A stretch of DNA of 64,000 bases from Octopus sinensis (GCF_006345805.1 NC_043012.1:7502001-7566000), one strand, 5' to 3'; positions 1 through 13,292 are shown, counted from the stretch's first letter. Notes: generated from the sequence alone by a model not told the origin. A program made the numbers and translations.

Positions 1-584
1 ATATTTATACTAATATATAGATAGATAAAGAGAGAGGGAGAGAGAGAGAGGGATAGATGGATAGATGGAAAGTTTGATAGAAAGATTGAAAGATACTTAG
101 GTGTTTGTGTATGTGTATGTGCGTGTGTGTGTGTATATATGTGTGTTCGCTCGCACGTGACTATCGACCATCTTTCTTGGTTCCTCTCTGTTGTAGCGGG
201 AACAAGGAAGACGTGTTCTTGTTTGCCTCCTGTCCACGCTTGATTTACGCGTTCGCCACTTCAACCTCGTTTAGGCTTAGCAGCCATTCCTGTTCGTTTT
301 CACTGTCCTGTTTATGCTACCTATTTTGCTCCCCCGAAAAATCCCAAATTTTAATTAATTTGCTGTGCGGGAGCAATTGTTTTATCTAAGGTGTATATTG
401 TTGTTAAATGCTCGAAATACGAGACTAGAAAAACAGCCAGCAACTGATGAAGGGTTGTTCTTTATGTTTGTTTTGTTTTCCATTTGTGTCTTTCGTTGTT
501 CGAACGGATAGTTCATGTTCCATGTACTTGTACTTCGTACTTTTTTGTTGTGCACGTTTCATGACGTCCTGTGCCCACATATGC

Positions 585-622
<38 letters not shown>

Positions 623-686
623 GTATATGTTACATATACGTATGTATGTATGCATATATATATATTATTTATATTACATTATATAT

Positions 687-731
<45 letters not shown>

Positions 732-1990
732 TATTATATATATATATATATATTATATATTATATTATATATATATATATATATTATTTATATATTATAT
801 AATATTATTATTATATATATGTTATTTATGTTATTATATATATATATATATATATATGCATGTGCATTAGTACAACAATAGTAACAAAAATACCAACAAC
901 AATAGCCCACGTATGTATACATATATATACATACAGAAGTGTATTCATTCTGCTCTAATTGTATAAGAGCTCTATCAGTTAAGCTTATTGACGAAAACCC
1001 GAGATGCTCTGCTCTTTATAAGACAAGTTTCTTTTGTTAGTTGCAGACAACCGTAGATAATTGCAGACCACATGCAAGATATTTGCATAGTTCAACCACC
1101 TCAGTATTCTTAGAGTGAATTTGAAAAATTCGGTTGAGCGATATCTCTTCTTCTATCTGTGTTAAAAAGCCACTAATCCTTGACCTTTGTCAAGGTCACT
1201 GCATGAGTGTTTACTTACGTAACCAAGTGTCTTTATGATTCTGCGATTCTGTGTTTAAACTGAAACGTCAAACGTTTTCTCAATACAGAAGCTTGTGTAT
1301 CGCTTGGAATATAAACTGGTGGTGGTGGTGGTGGTGTGGAGGTGGTGGTGTGGTGGTGGTGGTGGTGGTGGTGGTGGTAGCGGTGTTGCCGATTATTGTT
1401 CTCAAAGACAATGTCAGCACCACCCAAAAGTGTTAAGGAATTTTGGTCTCCTCCCCTTTATCGATGCTAAGATAACACAGAATTTTAATTCAGATAGTTC
1501 TTCCTTCTTCGCCATATAGCTGGATAAGTTTCCATCTCTAGCCATTTCTCTTGAATTGGGCTTAGTAACATGTGTAGTCGCAAGCTGATATATATATCTC
1601 CTCCTGATCCTCACATTCTGAGCCAAGTAAACCATTAAGGATATGACAGATTAAAGAACAGAGAGAAAGAGTACTGGGTTCGAACTCCTCTTCAGTTGAA
1701 TAGCCACGAGTAACGTGAAATATGGTGCCTTGCTGAAAGACAGAACGCGCTGCCTGACGCCAGAATTGAACCTATGATCCTCTTATCGAGTCACCATGTA
1801 CACCTAAGAGTATACATACATACATGCATACATATATACATACATACATACATGTGTCTATATTGAACCCGCGATCCTGCATGCAAACACACACACACAT
1901 ACACATATATATATACATATGTGTGTGTGTGTATGTATATATATATGTGTGTGTGTATGTATGTATGTGTGTATGCATGTATGTATATAT

Positions 1991-2175
1991 GAGGGGGATG
2001 CTGAAAATTAGCTGACTTTAAGAGTATCGTGAAAGTCTTGCCTGGAACCCCAAACGTCTGAGTTCTTTAGAAAAACTGAAGGAACGCTGCAATAAGTGTG
2101 TGAATCTGAGAAGAGAATACGTTGAATAAAATCATTTTCTTTTACCCAGAGCCAGGACTTTTCATCAATCCCTTG
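1991..2175 (+). mobile_element. Short mariner-derived MITE
   Basis: Degenerate TIRs (gagggggatgctgaaaa / gccaggacttttcatcaatccc); the interior resembles a mariner transposase C-terminus (EKLKERCNKCVNLRREYVE*). Confidence 0.55.
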
Positions 2176-2422
2176 TGTGTGTGTGTGTGTATATATATAT
2201 AGTTCAAGATTGCAAAAAAAAAAAAGAAGAAAAAGAAAAAAGACAGATGGGTGAGGGAACAATAAACAGTTTGTGTTAGTTTGATAGTGAGGAAAACTAG
2301 AAGTCTTTGACGTTTCGAACGCACGCTCTCTTACAGAAGCGAAGGAGTAGAGAAAACAAGAGAAAGGGAAAATGGAGAAGAAAATATATGTATGAATGCA
2401 TATATGTATGTTATACATACAT

Positions 2423-2551
<129 letters not shown>

Positions 2552-2627
2552 TATGTATATGTATATGGGTATATGTACGATTATACGTATATATATGTGC
2601 GTGTGTGTTTGTGTGAGTATATGTATA

Positions 2628-2658
<31 letters not shown>

Positions 2659-3726
2659 AAGAGTATATGTATGTACGTGTGTGTAAGGTTTTATAATAGG
2701 TAGCTGGTATTACACTTGATCATTCCGCTAATGAAGTGCGACATGGTGCACAAAGCCTTGCATGAGGCGTGTAACTGACTGTAACCAAACTATTCTCCTG
2801 TCCTTTGTATCTCAATCAAACATGACCGCCCAGTCGGCTCGTCAGAGCACGTAAGATTATTGGTTTTGTGTCATTAAGGACATTTTTACATATGGTTAAT
2901 GTCCCACTTCATTTTAAGTCCTTCAATTAAAGGAATTTAAAAGGGACCCACCCAGTATTATAGCAACAGCAATAATAACATCAAAAGCGACAGTATTTAT
3001 AGAAACAAGGAGGAAGCCTCTAGCCTAGTGGTTCTTAACTTTTTAATATCCGGGTCAAATCCAAAATCTGGATTTTTTTAAGGGTCACACCCAAAAAGTA
3101 AAAGACAAATCAATTAAAGAAAAATTTATATTTATCGCGATAAGACCGTCGAGGGCCGCCGGAAGGATGCGTTAGGGCTGCATACGACCCTGGAAGCCGC
3201 GGCTGAGAACGGCCATTCTAGCTGGTGATTTCTTGCTAGAAATACTTAGCAAGTCTCCTTCATATGGTGAAGGCGCTTGGCCTAGGTGTTATGGTGATGC
3301 ACACGTGATGGTATGATTGTGGTTCCGATTCCTCGATCGAGCAGTATGTTGAGTTCTTGAGCAAAACATTTCATTTCATGTTATTCTATCCTATTCTATC
3401 TGTAATTAAACAACCCTGCGCCGGACTGGCGTCCCGTCCGTGAAGGGGGATATTGTGACCTTGGTCACTTACACGCCATGGAACCCAGGTATACGGCCAT
3501 ATGAATCCTGGGGCTTAAAGCTGTAGTGTCCGGAAAACTTGCTTCATATCACTCATAGATTTACGTGCGACCATTTACATGGAGATACAGAACGCTTTAG
3601 GTACGACCAGGTATGATAGAACCCGGGTCGTAATGGTTGGAACATCTTTCATGTTGGTCTGTTCTATAAAGTGCTGCCCTGACTTTTAAACAACAACAAA
3701 AATAGTAAAAACAGTAAAAAACATAG

Positions 3727-3960
3727 TAAGGCGGCGAGCTGGCAGAAACGTTAGCACGCCGGTCGAAATGCTTAGCGGTATTTCGTCTGCTATTACGTTC
3801 TGAGTTCAAATTCCGCCGAGGTCGACTTTGCCTTTCATCCTTTCGGAGTCGATAAATTAAGTACCAGTTACGCACTGGGGTCGATGTAATCGACTTAATC
3901 CGTTTGTCTGTCCCTGCTTGTCCCCTCTGTGTTTAGCCCCTTGTGGACAATAAAGAAATA
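3727..3960 (+). mobile_element. tRNA-derived SINE, family 1
   Basis: A-box-like GGCGAGCTGG, B-box GTTCAAATTCC, central GCCTTTCATCCTTTCGG, tail AATAAAGAAATA; flanked by a repeated AAAATAGTAAAAACA. Confidence 0.85.
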
Positions 3961-4935
3961 AAAAATAGTAAAAACAATAGCAACAACAATAATAACAGCA
4001 AGAACAACAATAGCAACGACAGCAAAAGCAATGATAACAACAGCACCAACAACAATAGCTACAACAACAACATTTGCAATATCAACGAAAACAATAATAG
4101 CCACAACAGCAACGGCATTACTAACAGGAACAACAATAGCAACGACAATAGCAACAGAAAAAACAGCAACAACAACAAAAATGATAAAACAATAGCGACA
4201 ACAATAAAAGTAATAATAACAACAACAGTAACAAAACCAACAACAACAGTAGGCACAGCAGCGGCAACAACAACATTTGCAACATCAGCGAAACCAATGA
4301 TAGCAACAGCAACGGCAACGACAATAGCAACAGGAACAATAACAGCAGTAGCTACAACGACAGGAGCAACAACAATCCTAGCAACAGCAAAAACAGTAAC
4401 AGCAACAACACCAACAACAGTAGCAACAGAAAGAACGACAATTGTGATGATAGCAACAGAAATAGCAACAATAACAACCAACAATAATCCTAGCAACAAC
4501 AACAAAAACAACAATAGCAACAACACCAACAACAGTAGCAACAGAAAGAACGACAAACTATGGCGATAGCAGCAGAAATAGCAACAATAACAACCAACAA
4601 CAATCATAACAACAATAGCAACAACAACAACAATAATAGCAACAACACCAACAAGAGTAGCAACAAAAAGAACGACAACTGTGATGATAGCAACAGAAAT
4701 AGCAACAGAAACAACCAACAACAATCCTAGCAACAACAGCAACAACAACAAAAACAACAATAATAGCAACAACAGTAGTAACAGAAAGAACGACAACTAT
4801 GACGATAGCAACAGAAATAGCAACAAGAACAACACAAACAATCATAACAACAACAATAGCAACAACAGCAACAACACAGGCGACAATAACAACGGAGCAC
4901 CAAAGGCAAACGTAACAACAAAATATGCGAAACTA
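3961..4935. repeat. Degenerate (AAC)n minisatellite with a ~120-bp higher-order unit
   Basis: AAAGAACGACAA anchor recurs about every 116-122 bp in the distal half. Confidence 0.8.
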
Positions 4936-5325
4936 TAATCTACTTCGAGAGAGTAATTAGATTTAAAGCATTTTCTAAACTAAAGCAACCGACATGTTTA
5001 AAAGACGAAAGGAAGAGGGTATTGTGTGGCGGGGGGGGGACAGGGAGTGCAGTATTTTGCTTTATTTATTTATTTACTTATTTATTTATGTATTTCCAAA
5101 AACCTTTTTATTTAATATTATTCGGGGAGCGGAGAGGTGTGGGAGGGGGGGTAGTGTGTAGCTTGACTGATATCACGTGACTCGCAGCTTCGACAAACTT
5201 TGCCATGCATCATTAAGAAACATGTACAACAGTTGCATTCTAGCTTTGAACTTGTTTGCAAAAAAACACCAATTCATCATATATGCATACATGTGTATAA
5301 ATATATATGCATATATATACATACA

Positions 5326-5361
<36 letters not shown>

Positions 5362-5369
5362 ATATATAT

Positions 5370-5426
<57 letters not shown>

Positions 5427-5471
5427 CTATATATATATATATATATGTATACCTATATATATATATATATA

Positions 5472-5521
<50 letters not shown>

Positions 5522-5532
5522 ATATAATATAT

Positions 5533-5565
<33 letters not shown>

Positions 5566-5660
5566 CACATATATACATACATATAGGTATATATATTATA
5601 TATATATATACACACATATATACATATATATATGTATATATATATATGTATATATAAATA

Positions 5661-5966
5661 TATTAGAGACAAAACCACTATTTTGCAAAACAAACAAGGA
5701 AAGACTTAATCAATACATAAAATTTTAATAAATAGTCAAAAAAACCGCCACTACAATCGTTTCTTGTCTTGATCGACAATCTTCAGGTGGACTTCCAATA
5801 ATTCAGTGTCAAATTTGACACTGAATTATTGGAAGTCCACCTGAAGATTGTCGATCAAGACAAGAAACGATTGTAGTGGCGGTTTTTTTGACTATTTATT
5901 AAAATTTTATGTATTGATTAAGTCTTTCCTTGTTTGTTTTGCAAAATAGTGGTTTTGTCTCTAATA
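5661..5966. repeat. Perfect 306-bp palindrome (153-bp arms, no spacer), probably an inverted Penelope-like pseudo-LTR
   Basis: Centre AAA|TTT at 5813/5814; position p pairs with 11627-p at the ends and at the interior positions checked. Confidence 0.9.
5837..5879 (+). ncRNA. Minimal type I hammerhead ribozyme (mirror copy at 5748-5790, minus strand)
   Basis: CCAC-CUGAAGA-UUGUC(GAUCAA)GACAA-GAAA-C(GAUU)G-UA-GUGG: stems I, II and III and the catalytic core are all present. Confidence 0.75.
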
Positions 5967-6139
5967 ATATTTTATAATATTTTACTATAAAATCGATTTA
6001 ATCCTAAATCTGATTTTTTCCCTGTAAATTTGGATTTATTCCCTAATATTTATTATTTATATGTATATATATATATGTATATATATATATGTGTGTGTGT
6101 ATATATATATACACTCACACATACATACATCTATATCTA

Positions 6140-6213
<74 letters not shown>

Positions 6214-6314
6214 TTAAACTATTCTTAGTGTGTCTGGACTTCCTTTCGTTTGTTCAGCACATGTGTAAGGGTTGAAATTACTCCAGACGGGGACATAATT
6301 CTACATCACACACA

Positions 6315-6355
<41 letters not shown>

Positions 6356-6479
6356 ACACACATTCAGATTATAAGGTGGTGGTATAAAGAATTCTTAAAG
6401 GAAACAAAACTCTTCAGAGTTTTTACATCGCTTAGCAAATATACAATTTACTCTCCTCGAGATAATCTTCCTGCAGCAC

Positions 6480-6760
6480 AATGCACGACTCCTCTTTCCT
6501 CTCCAATTTCTCAGAACAATAATAACAACAAACCATCGCCTCACCTTTCAAATTTGAAAGCAACATCTCTTCCAGAGATCGCACACTTGACGAAGAGATT
6601 CTAAAGCACCTCAAACAAGCTCCTCAATTCTTTGGAAAGCTTAGGAAATGAGCCCTTGTAAACAAGCCCTCTCAGCTCTATACCAAGGTTCTCGTCTTCA
6701 GAGCTGTCTATTTTACCACTGCCTTGTTTGGGTGCGAGTTGTGGACTACATATTGCTTAC
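6480..6760 (+). mobile_element. Degenerate RTE-clade LINE fragment
   Basis: Translates as SRDRTLDEEILKHLKQAPQFFGKLRK*...TKVLVFRAVYFTTALFGCELWT, typical of the post-RT region of RTE elements. Confidence 0.6.
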
Positions 6761-7029
6761 ATATTGGTTTCAAATTTTAGCACAAGGCCAGCAAGTTCAG
6801 GAATGGAAGTAAGTCGATTACATCGAGCTCAGTGTTCAACTGGTACTGATTTTATCGATCCCGAAAGGATAGAAGGTAAAATTGACCTCAACGGAATTTG
6901 AATTCAGAATGTAACGAAGGGCGAAATGCCGCTAAGCACATTACCCGGCATACTAATGATTCTGCCAGCTCGCCACTTATATACGAGGGGATGTTGAAGA
7001 GTTTCTGGTATTAAGTGTAGTTCATTTAT

Positions 7030-7296
7030 AGAGTCATCTCTTGTGAAGGGTAGGTGAGTCCAGTTTGCTGGACATTGTTGTAGAGCTGGAAACGAGGCAA
7101 TTTCTACTCTTCTCCTCTGGAAGCCATCTACTCGCAATACCAGAGGGCGCACACTCTCCTACCCTGATGTAATCTCCAGGGATACAGGCATCCAGCAACA
7201 GGACCTCCGTAATGCTATGATGGACCGTGAAGTCTGGCGTAGCATGGTAAATACCATTGTCTTGACCACGGTCGAACAATGATGATGATGATGATT
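7030..7296 (+). mobile_element. 3' end of an RTE-like LINE with (TGA)n tail, inside a mariner-like MITE (about 6982-7440)
   Basis: LWKPSTRNTRGRTLSYPDVISRDTGIQQQDLRNAMMDREVWR followed by TGATGATGA; flanked by mariner TIR-like ends. Confidence 0.65.
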
Positions 7297-8465
7297 TATT
7301 GAGTTTAGAATAACTGAAGGACCGCTGCAATATGTGTGTGAATCTGAGAGGATATGTGTGTGAATCGAATAAGATCATAATTAACTGATCCTCATGTATT
7401 TTCTTTTACCCAAAACCAAGAACTTTTCAGTACCCTCTCTACAGCTTACATATTAAACACACGGTGACCTTTAGTGTCCAGTATTGTCAGAAAATCTTCC
7501 CGGTTACCTGGTGCTATAGGGTTACGCATTTAGTAGTTTTAAGCGGAACCAACACCAGCTACAATGAACCTGCATTCTTGGAGCATAAACTAAGATAATT
7601 CAAGCTTGTATTGCGCAGATCTGACTTGCATCCCCGTCGAGTGTAGACGGCTTCCCTGTGTCTCTCCCTCGCCTTTCTCAGAAAGCGTTCGTAATATTTT
7701 CTCTCGTTTGGCTTAACAGCCCTCAATGTCTGTGTTACTGTTATTCTCCTTGTCCTGTCTTTTACTGTGTATATTCTGTACTGTCTTTACTGTCCTGTTT
7801 TTGTTACCATTTTTACCCCTCCGCAAAAAAATCTCAAATTTTATTTAATTTGCCTTTTGCGGGAAGGAATGTTTCAAGAAGTCGTGTCTCGCCTTTACCT
7901 TCGAAAAGCGGAGTAGATGAAACAGAGGCGACGGAAGAAGGGGAAATTTCCTCGTGTTGTATGTCCTGTACTCTATTTTTTCGTTGTTTAAGAAAAATGT
8001 CCATTTCCTTGGTTTTGTGTTTATGTTTTCGTTTCTCATTGTGTTCGACGTTTTTTTGGTGTCCTGTATCCATATATGCATGTATATATACATGTAGATG
8101 TAGATACGTACATATATCTATGTATATGCATATGTTTTATTTATTAATTTGTTATTATATGACGGAACGCACGCATCCATTTCTAAGTAAGTTTGTTCTA
8201 TATATATATATATACATGTGTGTGTGTGTCTGTGTATACAAAAGTATGCATATATGCACGAATTTGTATACATGTGTGTGTTTGAGTGTGTGAGCGCGCG
8301 CTCATATGTATGAGTATAGCATAGACGACGTTGCACGTATGGAGCTGTAAAGTTTGCATTTATATATCTGCAGGTCTACACGTTTATATTTGCACATATC
8401 ACAGGCTACAGCCTAGTCGGGAAACTCGAAATATTTTCTCATAGCTCGTAGCTATAATTTCCTAA

Positions 8466-8760
8466 TTAACCGTGTCTTTTCTCGTTTGTGAAGCCCAGCT
8501 TCTCAACATTGCTACCGAGGCAGTTAATTACAAATCCAAGTGCTTTGATAATTACCAGTCTAAATCTTAAGCTATAATCCGGGTGGAGTGTATACAGATC
8601 TCTCTTTAGCTCGGCAGAGATGTTTTCTTTCATGCTAATCTTTAACATCATGTTAACATCTTCTGGGCAACTGATTTCCACAACTTGTACGCATGTACAT
8701 ACACATGTATACATATATTCGTTCGTGCGTTTTCTGTTCATTTTTCCACGATGACATGGG
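8466..8760 (-). mobile_element. Degenerate restriction-like endonuclease domain of an R4/Dong-type LINE
   Basis: VVEISCPEDVNMMLKISMKENISAELKRDL...VIIKALG resembles the RLE C-terminal pattern. Confidence 0.45.
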
Positions 8761-9126
8761 CTACACGTACATATTAGTAAGGTATGGGTTTTTTCAAGTC
8801 GGATGCCGTTCCTGTCGCTAACTCTAATCTGTTTGCCAAGCAATGGGCCTTTTTTTAAATTTTCTGTGTCTTCGAAGGTGCAAAACGAACGAACGAACGA
8901 TTTGTTCACAGGGGAAGTGATAATGATGACAACGCCCGTAGTAAGCAACTTCCCTGAAGCGTAAAAATTAACAAACAACACACCGACGCACATGCACATA
9001 TACACATTCACACACATAGACACGAACGCACACACATACACACACACACACACCACACACACACACATTCACGTCCATACCTTCATATATATGTTAAGTT
9101 CTAACTGAAGAGAATAATCACAGTAC

Positions 9127-9226
9127 CTGGGAGCTGAAAGATCCAGCTTTGAGATATTTGGTGCCAGACCATATTTGGGTGGACTAGACTCAATATAATC
9201 AGTCAACAATGTCTCTTGAATATCAC
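9127..9226 (-). CDS. Probable next exon of the ADAMTSL-like gene, linker (GDIQETLLTDYIESSPPKYGLAPNISKLDLSAPR)
   Basis: Acceptor ctattaattacag, donor CAG|GTACTG; 100 bp, open in the phase-1 frame required by the preceding exon. ADAMTSL1 has a linker at this position, but sequence similarity is weak. Confidence 0.65.
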
Positions 9227-10320
9227 CTGTAATTAATAGGAATAGAACGTAATTAGCAATGCCTATGAGAGTTAATTATCAATGCTCTAATGTAGTTAAT
9301 TAGCATGCCTACAATAGTTAAAACTATATACTTTAAGCAATATTATTTCAATATAATATTTCTCCTTCGACTAAGACGCTGAGGTCAACAAATTAAGGAC
9401 AAGATTGACTAAACAACAAGGCTGACAGCCTTTGACAAGTTTGATTACTTGTGACAAGCTTGACAATTTTTGACAAGCCTGACTACTTTTGACAAGCGTG
9501 ATTAGTTTTGACATACTTGACTATTTTTGATAAAAATGACTACTTTTTAAAAGGCTGACTACTTTTGACAAGTTTGACTACTTTTGACAAGGCTGATTGA
9601 CGAACAATAAAGGTGTTCGAGACGAATTGGTGACTCTGATTTGAGATTCAGTACTGAAATGAACTTTTCGACATCTTTTTCTGACACTCGTTACAGTACC
9701 CTCGATGTGTCTCACTGTGTAATTGGTACATCCAACCAGTGGATTTAACACATAACACAGCCGTGACACATTACACAGTCGTGAGCATTTTAACGCCGAG
9801 GTGCCAATCAGTGTCAATAGAAGTGGATTCGTTCGACTTTCGGTCTTTTTCTTTTAACATTTTAAAGTCCACTTTTCTATGTTTGCATGCGTTAGACGGA
9901 ATTCATTGAGTCAGATATTCTACAGACGGATACCCTTCCTGTTTAAAAGTAAGGAATATTTTGCAGCAGTTAGACATATTTTCTCGGAAGATTTAAAACG
10001 AGAACTCTGCTTGTATGACGGTGACACTCACAGAACTTTCGCTTGTCACTTTTCTTAACGCAGAAGATGTATATATATGTATAAGGCGAGCTGGCAGAAA
10101 CGTTAGCGAAATGCTTGGCAGTATTTCGTCTGTCTTTACGTTCTGAGTTCAAATTCCACCGAGGTCGACTTTGCCTTTCATCCTTTCGGGGTCGATAAAT
10201 TAAGGCACCATCAGGGTTGTTTTGTTAAGATGGGGCAGCAGAGGGTGCTGCAGTGGCCCCACTACGTTCCAAAAGTTTGAAAGAATCTTCACATAATAAT
10301 GCTTCGTGTGTGGCACTTAC

Positions 10321-10459
10321 CGGACCTTTCGAAGCAAGGTAAATTAGTTGTACACGTCTGACTTGTAGTGGGCTTTTCTTCTTCCTCACACGTGTTGTTA
10401 CCACTATTACGGCAGATAACCACGCGATGTTGAATGCCGAAGCCACACGTAACACTACA
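10321..10459 (-). CDS. Exon of ADAMTSL1/3-like gene, TSP1 repeat (CSVTCGFGIQHRVVIC...KPTTSQTCTTNLPCFERS)
   Basis: Acceptor ttttatttcag, donor GTAAGT; 139 bp, phase 0 in and phase 1 out. Resembles ADAMTSL1 CTVTCGQGLRYRVVLC...KPHIKEECIVPTPCY. Confidence 0.92.
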
Positions 10460-10859
10460 CTGAAATAAAATTACAAAAGAAGAATTAAATAAAGAAGAAA
10501 GAATATGCAGAAAGAACTCCATCTTCACTCACATATGTACGCACACACACAATTCATTATATATCTAAGTTCTCTATACTTCAATGAAGAGGATTAATAA
10601 GAGCGAAACATGCCCAGAGTTGTCTCCTTACAGAATCAATGATCTGACTCACTACGTCATTGAATGACTTGTACTTTTAATTACTTTACAATATAGGGTT
10701 ATATCCCATTATTTTTGTGTGTGTTCAGAATTAATGAGCAAAATAATAACAGGGTTTTCTGATTAAGGATGGAAATTTAACTGATTAAAGTTCCTTGGTT
10801 TCGTACACTAGGATTCATGTCGAGTAGTAATAGTAGTAGTAGTAGTAGTAGTAGTAGTG

Positions 10860-11400
10860 GAGAGGAGGAGGAGAAGGAGAAAGGGAGGGGGGAGAAGGAG
10901 AAAGGGAGGCGGAGGGGTAGTGGGGGAAAAAGAGGATAGTAGAGGTAAGAGAGGGAGAAGATGAAAGGTGAGGAAAAAGAGGAGCAAAGGGGGGGGGGAG
11001 AAGAAAAGAAGTAGGATAGAAACTGAAGAAAAGAAAACAGGGCCAGGGTAGAAGAGAAGGAGAGAAGGTGGGTAGGAAGATTAGAAGTAGGAGGGAGAGA
11101 AGAGGAAGATGAAAGGCGAAGACGATGATGGTGATGATGGTGATGATGGTGATGATGACGAGGAGGGGAGGAGGAAGGGAGGAGGAAAGAAGGCGGAGGA
11201 AGAAAGGAGAAGGAGTAAGGAAAGAAAGAAAGAAGGAAGAGAAGGGAAGGTGGACAAGGAGGAGGGAAAGAAGAGGGTAGTAAGAGGAGGGAAGGAGGAG
11301 GGGAAGAAGAAGGAAGAGGAGGAAGGGGAAGAAGAAGAAGTGGATGATGATGATGATGTTGATGATGATGATGATGATGATAATGATGATGATTGTGGTG
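10860..11400. repeat. Polypurine (GA-rich) and (GAT)n low-complexity tract in an ADAMTSL intron
   Basis: Almost pure A/G with GAT runs. Confidence 0.9.
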
Positions 11401-11417
11401 TTTGTGTTTATACTTAC

Positions 11418-11619
11418 GGGAGACCATTCTCCGGCATACCATCGAGGACAAATATCAGTGTTACAAGATTTGTATTCCGAAGGTTGCAGCTGCTTACAGA
11501 ATTGATCTTCTACCCATCGTGCTTGACCGGAAGGTCCGTATTCCATACAACTTACTTCTCTCAGACTGGTCCCTCCACCACAAGTCATGGTGCAAGGCTG
11601 CCATTCTTGTGCCTCCCAC
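11418..11619 (-). CDS. Exon of ADAMTSL1/3-like gene, TSP1 repeat (RWEAQEWQPCTMTCGGGTSLREVSC...CNTDICPRWYAGEWSP)
   Basis: Acceptor ccaattccag, donor GTAAGT; 202 bp, phase 2 in and phase 0 out. WxxWxxCxxTCGGG motif, close to ADAMTSL1 RWEATPWTACSSSCGGGIQSRAVSC...CPKWLAQEWSP. Confidence 0.93.
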
Positions 11620-11896
11620 CTGGAATTGGATGGAAACTGAAGAATATAACACGATGCCGGGCCGAGAGGCGAACCATGTTCACAGTCTTTTACAGGTTAA
11701 CGAGACTTAAATGTTGCTTTAAAAGGTGTGACATTTTGAATGGCGGAGCGGTGATTCTCAGCCATTTATTTCTTTACCTATGGGCCCCTTCTACTACTAT
11801 GTTATTTTAGGTGATCCCTATAACTACTCAGTGTTTCAAAGCTAGTTTTATAGATACTTCTTTCAAAATTCCTATTTTGTCTTTTACACGTTCACT

Positions 11897-12304
11897 TACT
11901 CTTTTACTCTTTTACTTGGTTCAGTCATTTGACTGCGGCCATGCTGGAGCACCGCCTTTAGTCGAGCAAATCGACCCCGGGACTTATTCTTTGTAATCCC
12001 AGTACTTATTCTATCGGTCTCTTTTGCCGAACCGCTAAGTGACGGGGACGTAAACACACCAGCATCGGTTGTCAAGCAATGCTAGGGGGACAAACACAGA
12101 CACACAAACATATACACACACACTTATATATATATATATATATACGACAGGCTTCTTTCAGCTTCCGTCTACCAAATCCACTCACAAGGCATTGGTCGGC
12201 CCGGGGCTATAGTAGAAGACACTTGCCCAAGATGTCACGCACTGGGACTGAACCCGGAACCATGTGGTTGGTTAGCAAGCTACTTACCACACAGCCACTC
12301 CTGG
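11897..12304 (-). mobile_element. tRNA-derived CORE-like SINE, family 2
   Basis: Reverse complement of the copies at 26550 and 34801; CORE-like TCTTGGGCAAGTG, internal (TA)/(TG) microsatellite, (AAAAGAGT)n tail. Confidence 0.85.
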
Positions 12305-12380
12305 GCCTTGTATGGGTTTGCAATATCACTTTCGGAGAGAAAATGTTTCTGTGGTCAGAAACGTGTTGAACTATGTAAAG

Positions 12381-12683
12381 CAGTGGCTCCCAAACTTATT
12401 CGGGTTGCCGCCCCCTTGGCACCCAGGTCACGTTCCTGGCGCCCCCTACTCACTACCACCGCCACCACCGCAAACATAGACCACACACTGCAACAAATTC
12501 AAAACAACTCTATTTCACAAACAAAACTTAAACCTAATTAACCGAGAATGTTTTCTTTACATCCATTGCCCCTTTTTGGCAACCCCATTATCATCCTACT
12601 TTTCTTCAACGTCCTCCCACCTGGATCTTTCCACCCTCACTCTCCCTGGAGAGGGCAGTACTTGCTTACTTTGGGAATCACTG
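12381..12683. mobile_element. hAT-like MITE
   Basis: TIRs CAGTGGCTCCCAAACT / ACTTTGGGAATCACTG; a related host repeat at about 28720-28870 lacks the insert (empty site). Confidence 0.6.
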
Positions 12684-12869
12684 TTGTAAGGCGTCAGAGA
12701 AAGGGACCTGGCTGTTTCTTGCAATAAATACATCTAAAACAATTTTCTTCATGGACCCTTAAAATAATACTACTGTGGATCCCCTGTTTACTATTTTGCT
12801 TGTGTGGACCCCGGTTGAGAACAACTGATGGAGGAGGAAGTCGATTGCATTAACCCTTGTGCTTAACGT

Positions 12870-13125
12870 AGCGATAGACGAAATACCTATTTCTTTACTA
12901 CCCACAAGAGGCTAAACACAGAGCGGACAAACAAGGACAGACAAACGGATTAAGTCGATTACATCGACCCCAGTGCGTAACTGGTACTTATTTAATCGAC
13001 TCCGAAAAGATGAAAGACAAAGTCGACCTCGGCGGAATTTGAACTCAGAACGTAGAGGCAGATGAAATACCGCTAAGCATTTCGCCCGGCTTGCAAACGA
13101 TTCTGCCAGCTTGCTGCCTTCCAGC
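12870..13125 (-). mobile_element. SINE family 1
   Basis: Reverse complement of the family 1 consensus. Confidence 0.8.
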
Positions 13126-13157
13126 ATGCTAATAATAATAATAATAATAATAATAAT

Positions 13158-13243
<86 letters not shown>

Positions 13244-13259
13244 TAATAACAACAACAAT

Positions 13260-13290
<31 letters not shown>

Positions 13291-13292
13291 AC

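Noticed and set aside
425-881. Many ORFs rich in IY, CV, HT or poly-L/I/N/Y here and throughout the window
   Set aside because: They are translations of (TA)n, (TG)n, (TACA)n, (AAT)n and (TAC)n microsatellites that lack stops by composition.
1219-1258. Candidate next ADAMTSL exon (GTAAGT donor at 1213-1218)
   Set aside because: Weak acceptor, and the peptide lacks the expected TSP1 WxxCSxTCG motif.
2790-2860. Hammerhead core CTGACGA on the minus strand
   Set aside because: No GAAA follows the putative stem II.
3727-3830. tRNA genes suggested by A- and B-box motifs in many places
   Set aside because: All are SINE heads followed by family-specific bodies; no complete cloverleaf was found.
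3943-4796. 208-245 aa Asn/Thr- or Leu/Val-rich ORFs (mucin-like appearance)
   Set aside because: They arise from a degenerate AAC minisatellite open on both strands and start inside a SINE tail; no splice or domain support.
10777-11810. Long ORFs over the polypurine tract
   Set aside because: Low-complexity intronic sequence; only the 11418-11619 minus-strand part is a real exon.
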